Positions 22,605 through 32,883 of a stretch of 64,000 nt of DNA are shown one piece after another. The notes under the pieces are model-generated. The model searched no databases and was not told the origin of the DNA. It saw only the letters and a list, made by a program, of their open reading frames with translations. Numbering within the stretch: the first letter of the stretch is position 1; every line of letters begins with the position of its first letter. The translations under genes and the position numbers were made by a program. The stretch comes from Mantamonas sphyraenae STR306 (lineage: Eukaryota; Protista; CRuMs): the NCBI GenBank assembly GCA_026936335.1, contig JAPMXV010000001.1, positions 310,001 to 374,000 of the forward strand. The letters run 5' to 3'.

Positions 22605-24998
22605 ATGAGCGTCGTGCGCGGGGACGCCGAGTCGGCACAGGACGACACGCCTCTGTTTGGCAACGAGCCGACGGATCCTGCACGCATGCGCATGAAACTG
22701 GTTATGGTGGGCATGGTTGTGGTCGTGGTCACAGTGGCGTTTGTGCTGCTGCTGACAAACTCGGTGCTGGATCCGAGCAACAACGACAAGCCCGGGGGCG
22801 GCGGTGGTGGCGGTGGCGACAACGGCAAGACATTGAGTATGGATGAGGCATTTGCACTGCGTGCGCATGGATTTGCATCGCAGTGGGTGCAGAGCCAACT
22901 GCTTTGGGTGGACGAGACCCAGAACGCGCTGCTCGCCCTCACGCCGCCGGCGACCACGCCCCAGGTGCGCGTCAACTACAATGCCAGTGTGTTGGGAACG
23001 AACAATGTCACACGTGCCAGTGCCTACTGGTTTTCCCACGACGCCCAGCGCGTCCTGTTTGCCACGCAGCGGCAAAAGTTGTACCGGCACTCGTTCTACG
23101 CCCACTACAAGGTGTACGACACAGTCAGCGGCACCGTGGGCGATGTGTCACCCGGCACGGGGTCTGTCCGCAACGCAAAATGGGCGTCTGCAAGCAACAA
23201 AGTGTCGTTCACGCGCGACAACGACCTGTTTGTGTCCGATCTGGACGCGGCCCGCACCGTGCGTATCACGAACGACGGCCAGTGGAACTCGGTGCTCAAC
23301 GGCGTCCCCGATTGGATGTACGAAGAGGAAATCTATTCGACGGGCGACGCGGCGTTCTGGTCGCCCAACGACGCATACCTCGCGTTTGTGCGCACAGACG
23401 AGAGCGCTGTGAAGGAGTACTCGCTGACCAAGGTCAACGGGGTCAACAACGCCTACCCCACCCACGAGTCATACAAATACCCTGTTCCTGGCTCTGCAGT
23501 GGCCCAGGTGCAACTGGGCGTGTTTGAATTGGCCACGAACCAGACACGGTGGATGAACATCAGCTCCGCTGGCACCACGCTCCTGGACAACGAGTACCTG
23601 GTCAGTGTTCAGTGGGTGTCCAACGACAACGTGCAAGTGCGTGTCACAGACCGAGTGCAGGCATCTGCTCGTCTGCTGCGGTGCGCTGCCACCACAAGCG
23701 TGTGCACACTTCAGCAGGCCTCCAGCGCCACCAACGGCTGGCTCGTGTACGACACACCCATGGATATGGGCACAACGGGAAACATGGCCACGGTTATCAC
23801 CGGTGCCACCAGCAGTGTGGTGGAGGTGCGCAACAAGCTCACGTGGGCTCTGGTGCGTACACTGAGCCTCCCGGACATCCATGAACCGTCGCTGTTGGCC
23901 TACAGTGCCACTGCAGACACTCTGCTCGTGTCTGGCACGGTGTCAAACAACGATGCGTTGGAGGTGCATGTGTTCTCGCTGGACGCAAGTCAAAACGGAG
24001 GCGTGCCCACACGCCTGACCTCTCTGGGCTCGACCTACGGTGCGTCTGTGGCCCAAGATGGCAACCACATGGTGCTGACCAACCAAGGACCCGACGTTCC
24101 TCAGATCACCCTGTTGGCCACCACTGCAGGAGCCACGCCACTGCTGACCTTGCAATCCAATGCGGCTTTGCGCACGCAGCTCGCCAAATACGCTCTTCCG
24201 TCCAAATTCCACTTTCAGGTACCCTACGTTGATGCCCAGGGCAGCAGTCACACGGCCTACGCTTACCTCCTTCTGCCGCATGGCATGGATCTGGCCTCGA
24301 AACCGGCCACCCGCCTGCCAGTCGTCCATTACGAGTACGGCGGGCCGGGATCACGCACCGTCGACCGCCGCTTCGGAATGGGCTGGGCTGCATTCGTGGC
24401 CTCGTCTGGCAAAGCCTACCTGAGCATTGACGTGCGTGGATCGGGCGGACGAACACGTGACTGGATGCAGGCCACGTACACAAACCTAGGCCAGATCGAG
24501 ACGGCCGACCAGATTGCAGCCGCCAAGGTCGTGCGTACCATGTTCCCCAACCTGCTAGATCCCAGCCGCTGGGCGTACTGGGGATGGAGTTACGGCGGTT
24601 TCATGGCTTCGACGATGGCCGCAACCGACCAGGAACGCATCTACAAGGCCTGCATGGCCGTGGCACCCGTCACCGACTGGCGATTGTATGACGCTGCATA
24701 CACGGAACGGTACATGCGCGTACCCGGTTCGCCACCCACCGCATACGATACTACGTCTGTGGTCAAGATGGCCGACCAGTTCCTTGCCGATCGACCCTAC
24801 TTGCTCATCCACGGTGTTTCCGACGACAACGTGCACGTGGAGAATTCCTGGGAGCTCATCCTCGCCCTCATTGCTGCCGACAAGAGCGGAGGCTTGGAGA
24901 TGGCCATGTTCCCCAACTCGGACCACTCCATTTCCTACGGCAAGGCAAACCGCGACGTCTATCGTCGCCTGGGCCAGTTTGTGGACGAGCATGTTTGA
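22605..24998 (+). CDS. Dipeptidyl peptidase IV family (S9B) type II membrane serine peptidase
   Basis: Signal anchor; NGVPDWMYEEE; YGGPGS; nucleophile GWSYGG; HGVSDDNVH; C-terminal His in SDHSI. No intron. Confidence 0.93.
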   Translation: MSVVRGDAESAQDDTPLFGNEPTDPARMRMKLVMVGMVVVVVTVAFVLLLTNSVLDPSNNDKPGGGGGGGGDNGKTLSMDEAFALRAHGFASQWVQSQLLWVDETQNALLALTPPATTPQVRVNYNASVLGTNNVTRASAYWFSHDAQRVLFATQRQKLYRHSFYAHYKVYDTVSGTVGDVSPGTGSVRNAKWASASNKVSFTRDNDLFVSDLDAARTVRITNDGQWNSVLNGVPDWMYEEEIYSTGDAAFWSPNDAYLAFVRTDESAVKEYSLTKVNGVNNAYPTHESYKYPVPGSAVAQVQLGVFELATNQTRWMNISSAGTTLLDNEYLVSVQWVSNDNVQVRVTDRVQASARLLRCAATTSVCTLQQASSATNGWLVYDTPMDMGTTGNMATVITGATSSVVEVRNKLTWALVRTLSLPDIHEPSLLAYSATADTLLVSGTVSNNDALEVHVFSLDASQNGGVPTRLTSLGSTYGASVAQDGNHMVLTNQGPDVPQITLLATTAGATPLLTLQSNAALRTQLAKYALPSKFHFQVPYVDAQGSSHTAYAYLLLPHGMDLASKPATRLPVVHYEYGGPGSRTVDRRFGMGWAAFVASSGKAYLSIDVRGSGGRTRDWMQATYTNLGQIETADQIAAAKVVRTMFPNLLDPSRWAYWGWSYGGFMASTMAATDQERIYKACMAVAPVTDWRLYDAAYTERYMRVPGSPPTAYDTTSVVKMADQFLADRPYLLIHGVSDDNVHVENSWELILALIAADKSGGLEMAMFPNSDHSISYGKANRDVYRRLGQFVDEHV

Positions 24999-25048
24999 TC
25001 TTTGTAAAGGCCACTAAAAGCCACATGTGTACACTACTGCTACGCTCT

Positions 25049-26792
25049 TCAAACACCCCGTAACAGCACGCTGTACAGCTCTGCTCCTCCAACCGCCCGC
25101 ACTCGCAGCTTGATTGTACGCACAGGTTCCATTTCCACCACATCAGTACCTCCGTGCTTCCATGACACCGTGTAGCTCAGGTGGTCGCCCACTACGGGCA
25201 TGCTCTCCAGCGGCGGATCGAGAAGGCTGCCTTTGCCGTCCAGCACCTCCACGTGCAGATGGCCCATTGGGGCCACGCGCACATTCAACTCGAGAACAAA
25301 GCGACCGGACGAGGGCATTCGTAGGCGCCGTGTCACAACCACCTCCTCTTTGCCGCTGCCATTGGGGCCGCCAAAGTCCAGGTATCCGAATCCGTGTCGA
25401 CGCAGCGAGTAGCGTCGCACCAAGCCACCTGGGCGCACGATGCCCTCGTGCACATAGATGCTGATGTTTCCTTGTTCGTCCACCGCACACCCTTGCGCGT
25501 TGTACATCCACCGCGCCTGCCATTGGCTCTCGTAGTCGTTGCCCGTCAAGAATGGCATCAGCGACAGTCGTCGCCACTGCCGCGGCTGTCGTTTGGTCAT
25601 CAGAATCAGATCGTTCGTTCCTCCATACGGTGTCTCGTTCTTGGGCCGAGCCCAGATGCGCGTGCGCGGCACAAATCTGGTCACAAAGTAGATCTCCGGC
25701 ATGGGCGCGTCCGGAAGGCGCATGGGTGATGCCATGTAGTAGTTTTCTGTCATGGCACGTGCGTGGCCAAGTTGGTCCCCGCTGGCATCGCTAGCCTCCA
25801 CGTGCGGCACTGTGTCCGGCACAATCTTGCCGTACTCGTCCGACTTGATGTCGTCGATGATCCAGCTGGCCACACTGCGCAGCTCCTGTGCAATGTTATC
25901 TCGCACCACCAGTTCGTACATGTTGGACACGAAACTCCATCCTGCGCTGTTCATCCCGTCAAAGAAGGAGTGAAAGTCCCACGTCCGGTCGTTCCACTTG
26001 TTCAGCCGCGGCCCAACGTCTGCCGGCTGTCGCCAGTGGATCCCGTCTGCAGACAACAGATAGTACACGCCGTGGTAGGCACAGCATCCGTCAGCCCCCG
26101 CTGTGTTGCATGTGAGTGTGTGAAGAGGGTGTGTGTGTGCCCCTGTGTCAGTTGTGCCCTGTCTCCCGCGTTTCGCCGCTGCTCCACAACCTACCCAGCG
26201 CTTTGAACCGCTCTGTGGGCTCGCAGTCCGGGTTTGTGTCCAGAAACGGCGACATGTTGTGGGACAGGTGGCCTTTCCAAACAATATTGTTCTGTTTGCT
26301 GCCTTGAAACTCGATCCCGGCGCCCTGGGTGCGCGCGAATGTGCGACCGCGGTCGTGCGACTCCAGGTAACACGTCCACTGCCTGTTGTGCTGGTCATCC
26401 ACGTCCGTCGTCGCCGTGTATCCGCGTTGTACACACCGGTAGTACATGCGCACCAGATTCATCATCTCTCCGGACACTCGGTCCACCATGTCGTGCTGCA
26501 CGACCGCAAAGTACCCCGAAAAATCGCCATCCGTCTCTGTGTCCATACGCACAATGACGTTTTCCTTGCGCGGCACTCCTTGTCGCACCTGCACCCTGTC
26601 TGTGCGCTCGGACAGCAGCCAAGTGTCCACAAACAGCTGCGTGACATTGGTAATGTCCACGACGTCCACGGACTGGTACGCCGCGTCGTACAGCTCCTCT
26701 CTCCATGAATACGTCGTGGCACCAACCACAACACAAGCCAACACACACGCAACAAACACACGCCTCCACTCCCATTGCATGAACCTCTCCAT
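25049..26792 (-). CDS. Type II membrane glycoside-hydrolase-like beta-propeller protein (clan GH-J/GH43-like fold, function unknown)
   Basis: Signal anchor; QLFVDTWLL; RMYYR; Asp-box-like CYLESHDRGRTF and LLSADGIHW; HNMSPFLDTNPDC; C-terminal beta-sandwich (RRYSLRRHGF...ELYSV). Intron 26101-26194. Confidence 0.65.
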
Positions 26793-26900
26793 TGCCTGTT
26801 TGCCCTGCAAACGCGCCCCCCTCGCTGCCGCTTCCACTCGGCCCCGCATCTCCCCGATTCTGCTGCATCCCACTGCGTCAAGTGTCGCACGACACAATTT

Positions 26901-29552
26901 CTACGCATTCGACGACGCTTTCGAAGACGACGACGACGACGTCAGAAATTCCACTGCCAACTGCTGCAGCACGTCCACTTGTGTCTTTTCAGCGTTCGTA
27001 ACGAACGGATGTTGGCACAGTTCCGACGCGCTCGGGCGCTCCTTCGGGTCTTGTGTCAGACATTGGGCCAGAAAGTCTACCAGCTCCGCGCTGTAGTCGC
27101 CTTCGTTGGCCAGTTTGGGCACAGATCCATACACAATGCGGTCGGTGGCGTCCTGCAACGAGCTCAAGTCTTCGTTCGGCGCGTTGCCCTCCACCATTTC
27201 AATCAGACTGACGCCCAGTGACCAAATGTCCGCCTTGAAATCGTACCCGGGATAGTTGATGTCAAGCATTTCGGGCGCCATGAAACACAAGGTGCCTGCA
27301 ATTGACGTCCGGTAGTTGTTTTGTGCGATTTCCGACGACACGCCAAAGTCGGTCAGCTTGCACTCGCCCTGCCTGTTGATCAGAACGTTCCCACACTTGA
27401 CGTCACGATGCATCACGCCGCTTGCATGCAGATAGGCCAGACCCTTGACGCACGACACTGTCAGCGCGGCCACGTACTCCTCCTTCAGCGCGTGCTTCTC
27501 CTGCACCTTTCCCTGGCGCCGGAACTTTTCGATGATGTCGCGCACACTGCCACCATCACAAAAGTCCATCAGAATCCACAGGGTGTTATCCTTGTCGTTG
27601 TGAAAGCAGCCGTAGTAGCTGACGATAAACTCGGAGCGGCACGCCTTGAGGATATCGATTTCGTGCTGCAGCTCCTCGGTGTTGCCTGCTTCGGACAGCA
27701 CTTTGATGGCCAGCACCGCGCCGCTATTGGTGTGCATTGCACGATACACAGCTCCGTATGCGCCTCGCCCAGCCACCTGCAGCAGCTCAAACTGCTTCCA
27801 CGGCTGCTTGCCTGTCCACGTGAAATTGGTGTCCACGTGCACCTTGTGCTTCACAAAAAAGGGCTTTGTGATCCACATCTTGCTGTTGCTCTCCTCTTCT
27901 CCCGCCTCTTCGTCCTGACCCTGCGTCTGCTGCGGCCGTTTCCCGCGGTTCGACCCGCCAGACCTGCCGCCAGATCCGCTTGTCTGCTGCGTTTGCTGCT
28001 GCTGATTGAATGTGGCAATCCTCTGGCTCACGGACATGGGTCCACTGCCGCCTGCCAGCGCGCTCGACGTGCCACCCTGCATCGCAAATCCGGGCGACCC
28101 GCGTCCCCGGTTGCTGTTGCTGTTGCTGTTGCTACCATTGTTGTTGTTGCTGCCACTGAGACTGTTGCTGCTTCCGCCACCTCCACCACCACTACTGCTG
28201 CTGCTGCTGCTGCTGTTGCTGCCTCCCAGGAAGCGGCTGCCAAACCCGGACGATTTTGATGGAGCCGGTGCGTCTGCAACCCCTCCATGTTCGTCCATCA
28301 CACTTTCACACTCGTCTCTCAGCTTGCTCAGCGTCCCTTGGATCTGCTGCAGGCGCTTGTAGCACTGCTCGTGGTATTTCATCTCCAGCTCCGTTACCTG
28401 CACAAGCTGGTGCATCAAATGTGCCTCCCGCATCGCGTCTGTGTGCTCCATCAAATTCAACGTCTGCGCCTGACACTCCACAAATGCTTCCTTAGCCTCT
28501 TCCACCTCCGCCTCGAGCTGCTGCTCCGTTGGAAGCTGTTTGGCCTGTGCTTCCTGCAGCTTCCGCGACTTGACGTCCACAAGCGTCCCTGCGTCTTTCA
28601 GCTCCTTTCGCTGGGTCTGTCACCGTCCCACGCTCACAGTTAGTCCATTTTTCGTTCACACATATGCACACACAACCCCTCACACGAGCCCCTCCAAACT
28701 ACATACCAGAGCGTTGGCAATCTCCGTGTCCACAAACCCTTGCAGCCCCGGCAGCACTTCGTTTGCCACTTTGTCCACCTGTGTAGTGCATGAGAAGGCA
28801 ATGTATGCGTGTGTCATGTGTCAGTGCGTCTGTCCCATCCCTTCACATTCCGTCATGCTCTCAGCGCGCACCTTTTCGCTCAGGAATCGGTCCAGATCCA
28901 GACGCGCTGCTTGGATTTCTTCGTATCCGTTCCCTGTGTGCATATTCAGAAGTGTGTGAACTCATCCGTGCTAGTGTTGCCTCTGTGAAACGCTGTGCGC
29001 TGCGTGTCGCTGCTCCATGGCCATTCCCTGCGTCTCCACTTACCCATCAGGTTGTTTCCTGCCGTCGTGCTGCACTTGCCAACAAACGTGTGCAGTTTGG
29101 CAGCCTGCGAAGGTGGTTCTGTGTGCCATGCTGTGTCAGAGACTACCCATGTCCGGTGCATCCGGCGAGGCAGAGTGCAACCCCAAACGCCTGCGCTGCA
29201 ACACACACCGGCCCCTGGAGTTGCACCTTCCCCTCCCGACTTGATGCCGTGTTTGCCCGCTTCCAAACATTGGTCCCTTTGCACTTACTTGACTCTGCAT
29301 TGTTGATTCCCTTGATGTACTTGTGCAGCTCTTCGTGACGCTTCTTCTCATCCAGCATGTTCTGTACCCCATCATCCATACGGTCCGATTGGACCAACGC
29401 GGTGTCAGCCGATGATCTTCATTCCGCGTTCGCCCCCACATCGCACCCACCTTTTCCAAAACCGCCACGCTCGGGTCCTCCTCCATCGCGTTCATACGCT
29501 TGCCAAACGTGCGCAGCGTCGACTCCTTCAGCTTGTCTTGAAAGGTCAACAT
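26901..29552 (-). CDS. STE20-family Ser/Thr kinase with N-terminal BAR-like domain and CRIB motif
   Basis: Kinase motifs GRGAYG, AIK, HRDVKCGN, DFG and MAPE. CRIB-like ITKPFFVKHKVHV at ~27835-27875. A helical BAR-like N-terminus (LQGFVDTEI, HQLVQVTELEMKYHEQCYKRLQQI) is spread over several small exons starting at MLTFQDKLKE. Confidence 0.8.
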
Positions 29553-29598
29553 GGCCGTTTTTGTTGTTGCATCGCTCTCGCACTCGCCCCCCCACCTC

Positions 29599-31815
29599 CT
29601 ACTCCTGGAAAGCAAACGGAACTTGACCAAAGTTCAACGACACCACAGCTTGGTGATCCATGAGACCCACAGTCGGGTAGAGGACGACGCCGTGGCTCCT
29701 CAACAGCGCCGTCTCGTCATCCCGACCCCCATACATCCCATCGGTCCACTCACGCATGCTTTCCTTGTCCGGAAGCCTGCAGGGCACGTCAGAGAACGCC
29801 ACACCCAACATTTCTCCGTTCCGTGTGAAGAAAATTTCGCGACGGGCGAAATCCAGTCCGCAGCCAATCACGTCGTTGCACTCAAAGCTGGGTCCCCAGG
29901 CCACGCCAGATCCGTTCTCAAAGCTGTATCCATAGTCTCCGTGGTATCCGTACGAGGCTGCGTTGGCCCAGCCCGGATGCGTGTCCACCATTCCCTTGGC
30001 AGCAAGGCCCACCGCAATCGATCCCTGTCGCCCCATGCTGTGGATGCACACCTCAAAGTACCCGACATGGTGCTTTCGTGCCAAACTCACGTTCTGTGCA
30101 ACATGTGGCAGACACCCAACCAGCCGCACCACAGGGCCTTCGGGCACAAGCGCTGCCGGCAGAAGCGGCTGCTTGGACTGCACCGCCCCCACATACACCT
30201 CATGCACGCCTCCCCTATTCCGCTGACTGGGGATCGTAGGGCTGGCTTTCCAATACACGGCGCGAGCGTAGCGCACACGCCGCCCGTCCACGCTCAGCTG
30301 CACGATTCCTTTGCTGCACGCGTTGCTGCAAAGCGTGTTGCCCGCGTTGCGCTTCCATCGCATGCGCGTCTTCCACAACACTTGCGCACACCCTTCAATC
30401 ACATTACTTGGGTGCACCATGCTCTGCGACCCCACCTCTTGCACAACTTCATGCAGGCTGGACTCTCGCAGCTCGTCCATGCTCTCAATACTGCTGCTGT
30501 GCATGCCCATCAGCGCTTCTGCGTCCACGTGACTACCTCCTGACCGCTCCATCATCCCCATCCACTCCATCGGGTTCCGTTCCATCGTTGCGCTCAGTTG
30601 CAGAATCCTTTCCACCGTCGCATCGTCCTCCGCAGACACCTCGGACGCAGGCATGAGGTCCAGAACCTGCTCCAGCATTCTGCAGTTCCATAGCCATGTG
30701 GATTCGCACCATCCATGCCATTCTCGTGATACCCACGCCGCCTGGGCTAGATCTTTGCGCGGCAGCTGCCGCATGATCGTCAAACACAGCTCCACCGGAA
30801 GCATATCAAACGGATTCTTGTCTTCTGTGCGCTCTTTGTCGTGTCCGTTTCGTCTGTGTGTGCGTCGTTGACGTCCTCCACTCCGTCGGCGTTCAGCAGG
30901 CGAGGACGACGACGACGTCGACGACGTTGTGTCCCCCACCACCCCATCTTCAACTGATGGCTCCTCCTCCTCCTCCTCGGATGCGTTCCATTCACTATCG
31001 CTGTCGCTGGAAGACGCACCCTCACTGGGACTGTCCCCCGTTGGCTGACGACGACGTGTTTGGCGCGTGCGTCCTTGCCCCCCCGTGCGCAACACGTGGT
31101 CGTTCACAGCCACCACTCCCACATACACCTTTCTTGCATGCAGGCCTCCGGATGCGCCACCCACAACCGACCCAATGGCGCCCACATGTCGCACACGTCG
31201 CGCAGAGCGCAAGTCGTCCCGTTTCCTCGTGCACTACCCTTGTCTGACATCACATCAACCTCCAACACATCCATACCATGCGATGTTGATCCACGTCCAC
31301 TGCTGCTATGTACACTCTCTCCCCTTCCTGTCATCTTGTCCTCCTGACCCATTGCCAAACCGCGCACCCTTTGCTCGCCTCCTCCTCGCCTCCAGCCGAA
31401 CAGATGCGCCCCCTTCAGACGCCCCCTTCTCTCGCCCGTGTCTGCTACTTGCGTTCAGTGTGCGACGCTGCTGTCGCTGGCCCAGCAACGAGCGCTGAAG
31501 GTGCAGGCGCGGATTCGACGACGAAAGTCCACTTTCACGACGTCGTCCACTCCTGCTGCTCGTAATCTGAGAATGACTGCGCAGCACCTGGTCCACCTCC
31601 TCCTGCGAAGCATACCCGCTCCGTGGGCTGTCGGACAAACGTCGCTGCGAGGGCGAGCGCACAGCGCCCGTTTTGCAGCGAAACGGCGACAACGGCGGAA
31701 GCAGTCCGCCAGGGCTCGACTCCTCCCCGCCCTTTGCCTTGTCCATGGGTGTGATGATCAACGGCAGATGGTCCTCCTGCCCGTCCTCCCCGAGCTTCCC
31801 CAGCCTTGACGACAT
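29599..31815 (-). CDS. F-box plus SPRY (RanBPM/Ssh4-type) domain protein
   Basis: F-box PFDMLPVELCLTIMRQLPRKDLAQAAWVSREW; SPRY GYFEV...IAVGL...PGW...SYGYHGDYG...DVIGCGLD...IFFTRNG...LYPTVGL. The 5' exon structure (31050-31815) is uncertain. Confidence 0.85.
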
Positions 31816-31860
31816 TTTGGTCACCTATGCGCGCGCCAAGGCAAACCGAAAACCTCCCGC

Positions 31861-32854
31861 ATGGCTCGCAATCTGGTTGAGTCGCAGTTGCGGACGCTCA
31901 AACAAAACTTTGTCATCACCGAAGAGGATGCCAACAGGCTGTCCGACGTGGGTCTTGCGAAGGACAAGCTCACCATGGGTCTGTGGAAACGTGAGTTGCG
32001 AGCGGCAAAGACCTTTGCGGTTGCCACTCAATCGTATCGCACGTGCATGTTTACTGTCCTGCCGCTGTTCCGCTGTTTCTCACCCCCCACCACCACCCAC
32101 CCACACCCACACTCTGTCCTCCTCCCACGGCTCACCCACTCGCAGTCAACGAGTTTGTCGAGCAAAGTTACGACAAACGCTTCAACGCCGAAGGCAAGAT
32201 GGAACTCATCAAGCAGATCCAGTTCAGCGAAGCCAAGACCGTGCGCAAACTCGACACAAAGTTTGTGTTTGCCGACAAGGTCGATGTACAGACAAGCGCT
32301 TTCCCAAAAGAATGGGACTATTCGTCCAGCGCCACGGTGTCGCAATGCCGCAAGTACGTGGTTTGCCCTCTGTCGGTGTTGTTTCTGCTCCTTCCTCTCG
32401 TTGCAATCCATGCCCACTCACACCCGTCCTGTCCGCAGGTACGCTCGCGAACGTGCCCGAGCCCTCGAGCTGGAAGAACAGGTGCGCGAAAGCACACGCT
32501 CCCAACAGCAGCTGAAGGTATGCAGGCGCGGGTGAGGACGCGCAAAATCCTCCTATTCCCCTTTGGCATGTGTGTTTGTCCCCCGTCTGACCCGAAACAC
32601 ACGTCCACACAGAGCCTGTGGGAGCTGACACGTGCCGTGTCGCCCGAGCGAATTGGCGCCAACTCGGAAACCACAGCCGCTCTGGCCGAGCTTGGCAAGT
32701 GGCAGCAAAAGCTGCAGGAATCAAAGACAAGCAACCAGAGCTGCTGGATGCCAAGCGCAAGGAGCGTGACGAGGACGACAATTCTGTCTGGAGGGGCCAC
32801 GAACAGATCGTCAACTTTTTCAAACGCCAGCGCGTGGCCAACGACGCCGAATGA
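31861..32854 (+). CDS. Small coiled-coil protein, possible kinetochore Nkp1/Fta4-like
   Basis: Four exons give MARNLVESQLRTLKQ...NEFVEQSYDKRFNAEGKMELIKQI...AFPKEW...YARERARALELEEQ...LWELTRAV, with a 1-nt frame break at ~32718. The pattern recalls the FTA4 family (by eye only). Confidence 0.45.
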
Positions 32855-32883
32855 AGACACACGACACACACAGTGTGCATTGT

